From a virus (Duplodnaviria > Caudoviricetes): a DNA stretch of 33,481 bases. Under the pieces are notes generated by a model that saw only the letters and a program-made list of their open reading frames with translations, ran no database searches and was not told where the DNA came from. Location of the stretch: positions 1 through 33,481 of the IMG/VR virus record IMGVR_UViG_3300020045_010614, one strand, 5' to 3'. The position numbers and the translations under genes are program-made. Below are positions 18,927 to 27,118 of the stretch, in pieces. Every line of letters begins with the position of its first letter. Within the stretch, counting starts at the first letter, position 1.

Positions 18927-20366
18927 ATGTCAGAAACAAAGAAATTTAAATATAAATCACTGGAATTTGAGAAGTTCTACAATGCAATTTCACCTAATCT
19001 TGAAGTTGCTGAACAGACTTATATGTGGTTTAATAGTGATTCAAACATCAGAGATAACGCTTATTTAAACAAGTTAATTGATTTATATAATAATGCTTCA
19101 GCCGTTCACTCTAATTTCATTAACCTTAAATCTGGTTTAAACTATGGTTCAGGTTTACTTCCATTGGATGAAAACGATGAACAGGTTAAAATGTTCTTGG
19201 ATTCTACTAACAGAGCAGGTCAGACAATGAATGATATATATAAGAAAATGTCTATGGATATGTCTATTTTTGAAGCTGCTGCACTACAAGTAATATATAA
19301 TGCAGAAGGTAAGATTGCTGAAGTATACCATTGTTCACCAGCTAATTTACGTGCAAGTATTCCAAACGAATTGGGATATACCGAAAACTGGTTATATTCA
19401 ACTAAGTGGGGTATAGTTACTAACAAACGTACCCGTAGACCTTCTAACATGATTAGTGATGCTGTTAAGATAGCTAATTTTAATCCAGAAAACGGTAAGA
19501 AAGATAAACGTCAGATATTATATGTTAAGAAATATAGTTCTTCACAAGAAGATATTTATGCCATTCCCTCATATAATAGTATATTAGATTATGTTCAATT
19601 AGCTAATAGCTTAAGTAATTTTCATTTAAATAAGGTTGAGAATAGTTTAACACCATCTGGTGTATTGGTTTTAAAAGGTAATCCTACTGATGAAGAAAGA
19701 GATTCTTTTGTTTCTAATTTTAAACGTAATCACGTTGGAGCAGATAATGCAGGTAAATTATTATTTATCTGGACTGATGGACAAGATCAAACACCTGAAT
19801 TTATAAGATTAGAAAGTGATCCAAATCAAGGTCTTTATGAAGAACTTAATGATATAGTTAATGAAGCCATATCAATAGGTCATGGTGGTTCGTTAGCATT
19901 GTTAGGTATTGATAAATCCAATTCTATTGGAAATGATAGTATGAAATTAAATACAGCAAGAGCCTATTTTATTAATACTATTATAGAACCAATGCAGGAA
20001 ATTATGCTTACAGGTATTAATAAATTACTTAAAATAAATGGTATTGGTCAGGTTAAAGTAGTTAATAAACCGCTTGTACTTGATGGTACTAATCAAGCTG
20101 ATACTAACCAATCTGGTACTAATAATACAACTAACAGTCCAACATTCAATAGTGAACTTGCTGGATTAACTGGAAGACAATTCCAGAACATGACAAGAAT
20201 TATCCGTCAGATTGCAAACGGTAAACTTACAAAAGAAGCAGGTATTGCCTTATTGAAAACATCATACGGTTTCAATGATCAAATAATTGCATCACTTCTT
20301 ATCGATGATGAGATTGAAGATATTAATGAGGAAGTAAATAAATTAAAACCAGAATTAGTTGGATAA
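18927..20366 (+). CDS. Portal protein
   Basis: 479 aa: 'LIDLYNNASAVHSNFI', 'YAIPSY', 'NSLTPSGVL', 'GADNAGK', 'FINTIIEPMQE'. Confidence 0.85.
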   Translation: MSETKKFKYKSLEFEKFYNAISPNLEVAEQTYMWFNSDSNIRDNAYLNKLIDLYNNASAVHSNFINLKSGLNYGSGLLPLDENDEQVKMFLDSTNRAGQTMNDIYKKMSMDMSIFEAAALQVIYNAEGKIAEVYHCSPANLRASIPNELGYTENWLYSTKWGIVTNKRTRRPSNMISDAVKIANFNPENGKKDKRQILYVKKYSSSQEDIYAIPSYNSILDYVQLANSLSNFHLNKVENSLTPSGVLVLKGNPTDEERDSFVSNFKRNHVGADNAGKLLFIWTDGQDQTPEFIRLESDPNQGLYEELNDIVNEAISIGHGGSLALLGIDKSNSIGNDSMKLNTARAYFINTIIEPMQEIMLTGINKLLKINGIGQVKVVNKPLVLDGTNQADTNQSGTNNTTNSPTFNSELAGLTGRQFQNMTRIIRQIANGKLTKEAGIALLKTSYGFNDQIIASLLIDDEIEDINEEVNKLKPELVG

Positions 20367-20872
20367 TGATAGATGTTAATTTTATAACCGTAGAAGATTT
20401 ACAAGAACTTACATCAATATCACAGAATGTTGATTCAAATACACTTGTTCCATTTATTCGTAGCAGTGAAGCTATGTACGTAAGTCCTGTTCTTGGTACG
20501 GCATTGGATACCGAATTGAAGCAAGCTATTACAGGTAACAGTCTGACTGGTGTTAATTATACACTTGTTCAATACTATATCAAACCACTTGCAAGCTGGT
20601 CAACTTATTTATCTGCTATTCCTTTTATGGCTTTTAAAGGAACTAATAAAGGAATTCTAAGACAGAATAGTGATAACTCAAGTTTACCATCAATAGAAGA
20701 ACTTAACTATTTAAAACAAAATATAAAGGATATGGTAAGTTATTACAAGGATAATCTGATTGATTATCTTGAAGATAATGAAACATTATATCCAAATTAC
20801 AGATCATCAATCACTAATACTACAGATAGAAAATCTAATTCAAACGGTTTATATCTTGGTAAATTTGATTAA
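20366..20872 (+). CDS. Putative head-tail adaptor
   Basis: 168-aa helical protein coupled to the portal gene: 'ISQNVD...YVSPVLGTAL...YIKP...LIDYL...YPNY'. Confidence 0.6.
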   Translation: MIDVNFITVEDLQELTSISQNVDSNTLVPFIRSSEAMYVSPVLGTALDTELKQAITGNSLTGVNYTLVQYYIKPLASWSTYLSAIPFMAFKGTNKGILRQNSDNSSLPSIEELNYLKQNIKDMVSYYKDNLIDYLEDNETLYPNYRSSITNTTDRKSNSNGLYLGKFD

Positions 20873-20879
20873 TTATAAG
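20869..20879 (+). promoter_or_regulatory. Variant late motif TTAATTATAAG before lysis module
   Basis: Matches the first 10 nt of the 16-mer, 11 nt before ATG 20891. Confidence 0.5.
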
Positions 20880-20890
20880 ATTAAAAAGTC

Positions 20891-21124
20891 ATGAAAATCG
20901 AGAATATAAGAAAAATTAAAAGCACAATACTTGGACTTGCTGTAATAGTTTTTAGTTCGGTATTAATATATAAAGGAATAACACATGACCTCTACATAAA
21001 TGGTGGTCTGTATTTTATAGGATTAATGTTACTTTTCACAGGTGATGAATGGATTAAGAGATTGGAAGAAATTGTATTTAAATTCTTAGGTAATAAATCA
21101 AAAAATGATAATCCAAATATCTAA
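20891..21124 (+). CDS. Putative holin
   Basis: 77 aa with two hydrophobic segments and charged termini; upstream of the endolysin. Confidence 0.55.
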   Translation: MKIENIRKIKSTILGLAVIVFSSVLIYKGITHDLYINGGLYFIGLMLLFTGDEWIKRLEEIVFKFLGNKSKNDNPNI

Positions 21125-21387
21125 TGTTAGAAGCAGCAGTAGCACTTTTTATTGGTCTTATAGTAGGAGCAGTAGGATACGGTAACCTTCAAGAAAAAGT
21201 GAAAAGTAATAAACAAATATCCGATGATCGTTATGTTCTTCTTACCAAAGAACTTGATGCTATTAAAAGCAATAACGATACAACAACAAAGATATTACAC
21301 GAAATTCAAGTAAGCCTAAAAGGTCTTAGTAGCGATATATTTTATATCAAAAAAGCTATTGATAAACTTGAACATCCAGATAAATAA
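21124..21387 (+). CDS. Membrane-anchored coiled-coil protein (lysis module)
   Basis: N-terminal hydrophobic helix followed by a heptad-rich region. Confidence 0.5.
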   Translation: MLEAAVALFIGLIVGAVGYGNLQEKVKSNKQISDDRYVLLTKELDAIKSNNDTTTKILHEIQVSLKGLSSDIFYIKKAIDKLEHPDK

Positions 21388-21392
21388 TTGAT

Positions 21393-21545
21393 ATGGGGAA
21401 TATCTTGTTAATTGTATTTATTGGATTATGTATCGGATTATCACTCTACGTTATATTCAAATTAATTAAAGTAGGTATTGATGACCGTAATCTTTACGAT
21501 AAACAACAAGATTTTAATAAAACAAACAAAAATGATCTGGCTTAA
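21393..21545 (+). CDS. Small single-TM protein (50 aa, not in ORF track)
   Basis: MGNILLIVFIGLCIGLSLYVIFKLIK...NDLA*. Fills the gap and overlaps the next start. Confidence 0.5.
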   Translation: MGNILLIVFIGLCIGLSLYVIFKLIKVGIDDRNLYDKQQDFNKTNKNDLA

Positions 21546-21795
21546 AATTTTACCATATATATCAATAGCAGCTATCTTCTTTATTAGTGGACTTATATTT
21601 GATTCTAAATTCCTTACAAAAGAATGTCCAGCTTGTCCTATTATACCACCTTGTCCACCAACCACAGAAATCAATCTACAGGATTTTAATGTGGAAAAAA
21701 TAAAAGGAGTTAAGACCTTTACATATAGTCCATCAATCACAGGTACTTTTATTTTGAAGGTTGACAGTGCAACCTATGAGAAAATTAAGAAATAA
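21532..21795 (+). CDS. Membrane protein with Cys/Pro-rich segment (possibly spanin-like)
   Basis: Likely start MIWLK at 21532. TM helix followed by 'ECPACPIIPPCPP'; abuts the endolysin gene. Confidence 0.45.
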   Translation: MIWLKILPYISIAAIFFISGLIFDSKFLTKECPACPIIPPCPPTTEINLQDFNVEKIKGVKTFTYSPSITGTFILKVDSATYEKIKK

Positions 21796-22334
21796 TGAAA
21801 GCTAAAGACAATAAATGGTTAATTGTATTACCAACCGTAATACTTACCCCAACGATAGAACCAATCATAGTTAAACTTGATAAGTACTTTGAAGAAGCTA
21901 AATTGAAAGCCTATGTTACTTCTGGATTAAGATCGTCTGAGGATCAATTACGTGTCATTAGAAGCTACTTAAAAAAGAAGGAGTTAGATATCAAGTATCC
22001 TGAAGCGATGTCCTGTGGCTTAAATGAGAAGCATCCTGATGGCACATACGTATGGCAATTAGGATGGTCAGCATTATTAAACTCTGGATTGATAATAAAC
22101 CCACCTTTAAAGGCACAGGTATTAATGAACTACATCCGTAATGGAATAAATAAGAAGGGTCAGGTTATTAACCAAACCCCTCATAGTACTGGAACAGCTT
22201 TAGATATTGGTGGTGGTGCAAACGGAATTCATGATGAACTTGCAGTTCTCACCAAAGCACATAAAGACTTGAAGTTCAAACAACTACTTGCTGAACACGA
22301 TAATAATTGTGTTCATATAGGTATTTATTCATAA
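21795..22334 (+). CDS. Endolysin, M15-like Zn peptidase
   Basis: 'VTSGLRSSEDQ', H-x6-D ('HSTGTALD') and C-terminal 'CVHI' follow the LAS/M15 pattern; last gene of the lysis cluster. Confidence 0.7.
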   Translation: MKAKDNKWLIVLPTVILTPTIEPIIVKLDKYFEEAKLKAYVTSGLRSSEDQLRVIRSYLKKKELDIKYPEAMSCGLNEKHPDGTYVWQLGWSALLNSGLIINPPLKAQVLMNYIRNGINKKGQVINQTPHSTGTALDIGGGANGIHDELAVLTKAHKDLKFKQLLAEHDNNCVHIGIYS

Positions 22335-22495
22335 TCAAAAGGATGAAATTCAGCCCATAGCCTGTAATCAAATACTTCATCCTTGTTTTTGGTTTTCTTT
22401 GGTTTACTACTTTCTATTTCAATATAAACAGAATTATCTTCTTCTGTTAACAGTTTTACTTTAGTTTTATTCTTTGCTCCTTTAGTACGTGCCAT
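22325..22495 (-). CDS. Small basic protein with AT-hook-like N-terminus (56 aa, not in ORF track)
   Basis: MARTKGAKNKTK...HPFDYE* resembles GRPKGSKNK; A-rich upstream region. Confidence 0.55.
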   Translation of the reverse strand: MARTKGAKNKTKVKLLTEEDNSVYIEIESSKPKKTKNKDEVFDYRLWAEFHPFDYE

Positions 22496-22526
22496 AGTTT
22501 ATTTAGTTTAAATTATTTAAAATATA

Positions 22527-22769
22527 TTAGTCTTCATCTACCTGAATTGAAACCCATTCATCATCTTCATCAAAAATTATATAGTTTTTACCGTTCTTAA
22601 AAGTGAAACCAAAGTATTCTTCATCAATATAGGATTCAATAATAATACCGTTTTCAGCAATTAATGTCAATAAGAATTCAACAAATCTATAATAATTTTC
22701 AGGTTTTGGTCTTTCTTCTAAAGGAAGATATTTGAAATTAATCAATTTATTAACATTGAGATAGATCAT
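22527..22769 (-). CDS. Hypothetical protein
   Basis: 80-aa acidic ORF with ATGA-type overlap with the upstream gene. Confidence 0.55.
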   Translation of the reverse strand: MIYLNVNKLINFKYLPLEERPKPENYYRFVEFLLTLIAENGIIIESYIDEEYFGFTFKNGKNYIIFDEDDEWVSIQVDED

Positions 22770-23005
22770 AGTTGTTTGGAGTGATATCTTTTAGCTTTAT
22801 CAATAAAGTATTCCACAATAAATTCAGATGTTTTATAGTAATTACTTAAAGTCTGAATCATACTTGGTGTTATTTTATCTTCTCCTAGATCATGAATAAT
22901 AACTTTACAATCATTATAGATTTTTACACTGGTTTCACCAGATTTTTTAAGTAAACGGATTTGTTCTTGGAAATCCTTTATCTCGTTTTTTATTGTTTTT
23001 ATCAT
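22766..23005 (-). CDS. Hypothetical protein
   Basis: 79 aa with 4-nt overlaps on both sides. Confidence 0.55.
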   Translation of the reverse strand: MIKTIKNEIKDFQEQIRLLKKSGETSVKIYNDCKVIIHDLGEDKITPSMIQTLSNYYKTSEFIVEYFIDKAKRYHSKQL

Positions 23006-23991
23006 ACTATTTTGGGTTTTTTATTTAAAAATGATTGATATAATTGGTTTAGTTCTATTTGGGTTAACTGTTTATTTAAACCTATCTCCATTTCTTCAAC
23101 TATCTTCTTGAAGTCATCTTCTTGTTTTTCATCTTGAAATGTGAAATTAGTATTAGTTATTATTTCTGATTGAAGACTTCTTACCTTTTTATCTGCTTTT
23201 TCAATAGATTCAAGATAATCATTGAATTTAGGGTTACCTAACCTTTTATCTTTTGGTATTGATTTTAAGTCTTCTTCTAATTGATCACCTGAATAAAATC
23301 TTAAAAACCAGTATTGGATTGAACTATTGTTATTATTTATTTTAAAGAAATTTTCAATAAATTCATCTTTTAATAGTTTAGGATCATACTTATTTATTGT
23401 TTGGATATTACTATCCAACTCATAAGAACCCATAAATTTTGATGATTCATTATTCTTTACTTCTACATTACCGTTGGGTATCTTCGGAGTTCCGTTGGGT
23501 ATCTGTTCAGTTACCGAGACTTCCTTTACTTTAGTTATGTTTACTTTAACTTCTCTTTTACTTTCCTTGTATTTTAGTTTCAGTTCACTATTAGTTAGTA
23601 CTTTTCCTTTCCTTTTCTTTGAATTTCCTTTACCTTCAACTTTAGGATCAATATCATATAAACTATCAATTAATGATGATAATAGCTTATTATTTCTGAT
23701 TATACGGTATTCTGACCATAGTTCGTAATCAAAGTGATCAGGATACTTCATACTACAATAGTCCATAAATTCACTTAAATTCTTTGAATCTACGTTACAA
23801 TAATCAGATAGGTCTTCAAGTTTGTCTTGATCTACGAAGATGTAATACTGTTCGTGTGTACATAGTTGTTCAAGTAATGAATACCACATAGCATATCCAT
23901 CATTACCAAACTTCTTAATAATTCTTCTCATTTTATACCCTCTATCTACATCGTGTAGGAAATAGGGTGCTGTGTGTTTTTCTTTTGCCAT
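23002..23991 (-). CDS. DUF4373 (Lin1244-like) replication initiator/replisome organiser
   Basis: N-terminal 'YFLHDV....KMRRIIKKFGNDGYAMWYSLLEQL' signature followed by a low-complexity linker. Confidence 0.7.
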   Translation of the reverse strand: MAKEKHTAPYFLHDVDRGYKMRRIIKKFGNDGYAMWYSLLEQLCTHEQYYIFVDQDKLEDLSDYCNVDSKNLSEFMDYCSMKYPDHFDYELWSEYRIIRNNKLLSSLIDSLYDIDPKVEGKGNSKKRKGKVLTNSELKLKYKESKREVKVNITKVKEVSVTEQIPNGTPKIPNGNVEVKNNESSKFMGSYELDSNIQTINKYDPKLLKDEFIENFFKINNNNSSIQYWFLRFYSGDQLEEDLKSIPKDKRLGNPKFNDYLESIEKADKKVRSLQSEIITNTNFTFQDEKQEDDFKKIVEEMEIGLNKQLTQIELNQLYQSFLNKKPKIV

Positions 23992-24002
23992 AATTTAAAA
24001 GG

Positions 24003-24338
24003 TTATTTAAAAACTGTTATTTTTAGTGTTATATCATTAGTTTGAGGTTCTATTGCTTTAGTTTCAGTAATTTCAATCAAACCCTTATCCAAACATTGAT
24101 CAATTAAACGGTGTGCAGACTCACGTAGATGAGTTCTCCTGAACATTTCTCCAATAATGGAGTGGTAATACGTTGAAAATTTGGATTGATCCTGAACGAT
24201 TATAGGATGTTTTACAGTATGTTGAATAATTATATCCCCATAAACCTTTTGTTTTTTAGTTCTGATATTTTTCCAATACCTAACAGTTGTTAGGAGAACA
24301 GCTATATTGAAGATAGAAAATAGTATTTCAGGTATCAT
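24003..24338 (-). CDS. Hypothetical protein with N-terminal TM helix
   Basis: 111 aa with a hydrophobic N-terminus; within the early operon. Confidence 0.55.
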   Translation of the reverse strand: MIPEILFSIFNIAVLLTTVRYWKNIRTKKQKVYGDIIIQHTVKHPIIVQDQSKFSTYYHSIIGEMFRRTHLRESAHRLIDQCLDKGLIEITETKAIEPQTNDITLKITVFK

Positions 24339-24353
24339 AGTATCTTTTTTAGT

Positions 24354-25355
24354 TTAATCATTATATGTATTTTCTTGATTATCTAATACTGCAAAATCGA
24401 ATACTTCAAAATTATCTGTTGGTTGAAAATTGATTGAACTACTTTCTTTATTTGGAATAGTATCCATTTTTTGAAGTTTATAATAAATCTGCTGTTGAAG
24501 ATCATAATCTGATATTATTGGATCAGTTACCTTAATAAATTGGTTGAAGGTTAAATTTAATAGTTCTTTAATAACTTCTTTGGTATTGAATTTATTGAAG
24601 AAATCTTCAAGTGAATTGATTTGGATTTTAGACCTATTTAAATCGCTTTGGTTGAATTCTTTTTTATTTGGGGTAATACCTTCTTCTTTTATTAAAGTAT
24701 CAACAGAAGCAGAATTATAGGCATTGGTTGAAGTAATTACTTCTACATCTTCAACCTGTATTTGGATTGAAGTATTTACTTGTTTTTGTTTTTCATACCA
24801 TTCTTTAGGTGAAATTAAATTAGGTTTTGTTTTAATTCCAACTTCTGAATTTTGATTTTCCTCTTGCTCTTTAGTCTTACTCTCTCTCTCTTTATCTTTA
24901 ATATCTTGCTCATTAGGTTGCTTTTCACCACCAATCTGTATGCTTTTCACCACCTTAGTTGGTTGCTTTTCACCACCTACGTCAGGTTGCTTTTCACCAC
25001 CTTGGTTGGTTGCTTTTTGCAATGGTTGTTTTTCACCACTATTTATCTCAGGTTGCTTTTCACCACCTTGTTCTATTAAAGAATAGTTAACTGAATAGGT
25101 TGATTCTGTTTCAATTATATGACCTGATTTGATTAATTTTTTCCAGCGTTTAATTATGTTCGTTTTATCTTTACCAAGATCATCAGCTAATCTTGTGTAA
25201 GCTAATACCCAATTTGATGGATATGTATTCAATTTCATAAGAATTAACGTATCTGTTGAACTGATATTTGGTATGTTCCACATCGTATTTTTTACTTTAC
25301 TAAAGTTCTCTGTATGATTAACACTAATAACTCTTTTACCTCTTAAATTTGTCAT
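24354..25355 (-). CDS. Lambda-O-like replication initiator (N-terminal wHTH, internal iterons)
   Basis: 'NFSKVKN...ISS...ILMKL..YPSNW.L....LADDLGKDKTNI...WKKLIKSGHI' is wHTH-like, and is followed by GGEKQP repeats. Confidence 0.65.
   Translation of the reverse strand: MTNLRGKRVISVNHTENFSKVKNTMWNIPNISSTDTLILMKLNTYPSNWVLAYTRLADDLGKDKTNIIKRWKKLIKSGHIIETESTYSVNYSLIEQGGEKQPEINSGEKQPLQKATNQGGEKQPDVGGEKQPTKVVKSIQIGGEKQPNEQDIKDKERESKTKEQEENQNSEVGIKTKPNLISPKEWYEKQKQVNTSIQIQVEDVEVITSTNAYNSASVDTLIKEEGITPNKKEFNQSDLNRSKIQINSLEDFFNKFNTKEVIKELLNLTFNQFIKVTDPIISDYDLQQQIYYKLQKMDTIPNKESSSINFQPTDNFEVFDFAVLDNQENTYND
24916..25067. repeat. Iteron-like 17-bp direct repeats (ggttgcttttcaccacc), probable origin
   Basis: Copies start at 24916, 24938 (last 14 nt), 24961, 24985, 25008 (partial), 25024 (2 mismatches) and 25051. 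Confidence 0.8.
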
Positions 25356-25359
25356 AGTT

Positions 25360-25905
25360 TTATTTCTTAAGTTTTAGTTTATTTTTTTTAGTTTTCAAGA
25401 GATTCTTATCAAAGATTTCATCATATCTAAAGAAACTATTAATATCGAAAATGCTTATTTCTTCATCACTTCTTTCAAAGATATGACCATCATTCATTCT
25501 TAGAATATATTTAGGTATTTTATATTTACCTTGAAGGAATGCTATACCTCTTTGGGTTATACACCACATTCCGTTAGAATTAACATCAATACCCTTTTCT
25601 TTTGGCATTGGTGATATTAAACCGAATGCATATAATTTACCGTAATCTGTTGTGTTAACATTGTAATTATCAGATATATATCTACATACATCACGGTAAT
25701 GGTGATAAGGTTTTTTATTTTCAAGATAGAGATTAAACCATCTTTGGAGTAATAATGCATGACCTATATATAATTTTTCTTCACGAGAACCTACTTCAGT
25801 ACCACAACAAGGACATTCAATCTTTTGTTTTCTTTCTAGTAATTTGACTTTAGTTCTGAATATCTCAATATATTCTAATACTGCTTTTTCATTAATTTGA
25901 CTCAT
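25360..25905 (-). CDS. Zn-ribbon/winged-helix DNA-binding protein
   Basis: 'ECPCCG' and a wing-type 'GMWCITQRGIAFLQG...IPKY' motif. Confidence 0.5.
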   Translation of the reverse strand: MSQINEKAVLEYIEIFRTKVKLLERKQKIECPCCGTEVGSREEKLYIGHALLLQRWFNLYLENKKPYHHYRDVCRYISDNYNVNTTDYGKLYAFGLISPMPKEKGIDVNSNGMWCITQRGIAFLQGKYKIPKYILRMNDGHIFERSDEEISIFDINSFFRYDEIFDKNLLKTKKNKLKLKK

Positions 25906-25927
25906 TTTTTAATAGTTTTACTTTAGA

Positions 25928-26374
25928 TTATGTATTATTTGGGTGATAATTAAAATACATAAAGAATACGTTTTTAAGGTTTATCACCAGTTTTTTTAGT
26001 TTAAGATCATTAGAATTAGCTGGAACATGATATCCCAATGTAGTTGTTCTTTTTAAAGGGTTTACTTCATCCCATTCCAATTTATTTGCTTTTACCTTTT
26101 TGAATCCTGTATTATATCCGTTGATAACATAGGTAGAATGAGAGATTATATTGACTTCAATGTTATCATTGTATTGATTCTTAATATATGTCAAAACCTC
26201 TTTTAAAGCCATTATATATAGTTGGTTGGTAGTAATTGTCTTCTTATAAGAGAACATCATAGAATCGATTTCTATACCGTTTTCATATACATTAAACCCA
26301 TATACACCAGAATCACCAAAATTCTTATTTGATGTAATTGCATCGAAATAGATAAGGATATTACTTTTTTCCAT
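25928..26374 (-). CDS. RNase HI-like protein with degenerate active site
   Basis: Likely start MEKSN at 26374. 'IYFD...TTNQLYIMAL..VL...VNIISHSTYVING...ANKLEW...HVPA' is colinear with the RNase HI motifs. Confidence 0.65.
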   Translation of the reverse strand: MEKSNILIYFDAITSNKNFGDSGVYGFNVYENGIEIDSMMFSYKKTITTNQLYIMALKEVLTYIKNQYNDNIEVNIISHSTYVINGYNTGFKKVKANKLEWDEVNPLKRTTTLGYHVPANSNDLKLKKLVINLKNVFFMYFNYHPNNT

Positions 26375-26552
26375 CTTTATTCTTTTTAATTCGTTTAAGA
26401 ACTGATTCTCTGTTATCCCAATACCAACGGGATGCTTTGTCAATTTTATGTTGACGGTTCTTTTTGTAATACTCTTTGAAGTATTCTGTTCGGTCTTTTT
26501 TGTCAGAAATAATAACCTTGTTATCTTCCTGCTCATTTATTGTATCAATCAT
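26361..26552 (-). CDS. Small basic protein, first gene of early operon
   Basis: 63 aa, 'EYFKEYYKKNR...WYWDNRE'. Lies just downstream of a host-type promoter and overlaps the RNase H-like start. Confidence 0.55.
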   Translation of the reverse strand: MIDTINEQEDNKVIISDKKDRTEYFKEYYKKNRQHKIDKASRWYWDNRESVLKRIKKNKDGKK

Positions 26553-26565
26553 TTTAATTTTTCCA

Positions 26566-26595
26566 CAAAGTTATATATACGTACATAGAAATCAA
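26566..26595 (-). promoter_or_regulatory. Bacteroidota primary-sigma promoter for early operon
   Basis: Minus strand reads TTG-N19-TAACTTTG, matching (T)TTG-N19-21-TAnnTTTG, 13 nt before ATG 26552. Confidence 0.65.
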
Positions 26596-26680
26596 TGAAA
26601 ATCATTGACGTACATTATTTTTCCACATAATTAATTGATAATCAGGTGGAAAAAATTTTTAATTAATTATTGGTTTTTGA

Positions 26681-26884
26681 TTATTCTACTGTTTTAGGTA
26701 GTTGAACGTGATTAATTTCTATTTTGTGAACGGCAATAATAGTTCTGTTACTATCTACCTTTATGATTTTATCCTCAATTTCAGATTGAAAAAGGTAATC
26801 ATCTTTCATTTCTTGTGATTTATCAATTATTTCTTCCCAATCATTTTGGGATTGTTCGAAGAATTCTCTTTTAGATTGACTCAT
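26681..26884 (-). CDS. Hypothetical protein
   Basis: Likely start MSQSK at 26884, preceded by an A-rich leader; 67 aa. Confidence 0.5.
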   Translation of the reverse strand: MSQSKREFFEQSQNDWEEIIDKSQEMKDDYLFQSEIEDKIIKVDSNRTIIAVHKIEINHVQLPKTVE

Positions 26885-27020
26885 TTTTATTAGTTTTATA
26901 ATACAGTATACGTATACAATAATAAAATGTTTCAATTAATTTGTATTATTTTAACAATAAGTAGATATTTGAATTCTCAATTTTTATTTTAAACTAAGTT
27001 TATGACTCATTCTTAGTTAT

Positions 27021-27046
27021 AACCCTGCAACGGCAGGGTTTTTTTT
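27021..27046 (+). terminator. Rho-independent terminator with no upstream + strand CDS
   Basis: aaccctgc-aacg-gcagggtt followed by a T tract. Confidence 0.8.
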
Positions 27047-27118
27047 GTTATTTAGAGTATTTATAATTAACTTCGTCATTCCTAAACGATAATCTTATAA
27101 TACAACTATTTCATTATT

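Noticed and set aside
16743-19450. Overlapping ORFs 16743, 17787, 17795, 18200 and 19220
   Set aside because: By-products of GGT/ACT/GCA-rich codon usage in the real genes.
21462-21740. Minus-strand 92-aa ORF
   Set aside because: Antisense to two plausible lysis-module genes.
23474-25079. + strand ORFs 23474 and 24852
   Set aside because: Antisense shadows; the LLFTT repeats simply mirror the iterons.
26375-26536. N-terminal 54 aa of the 202-aa ORF
   Set aside because: Overlaps the 63-aa gene; RNase H similarity begins at Met 26374.
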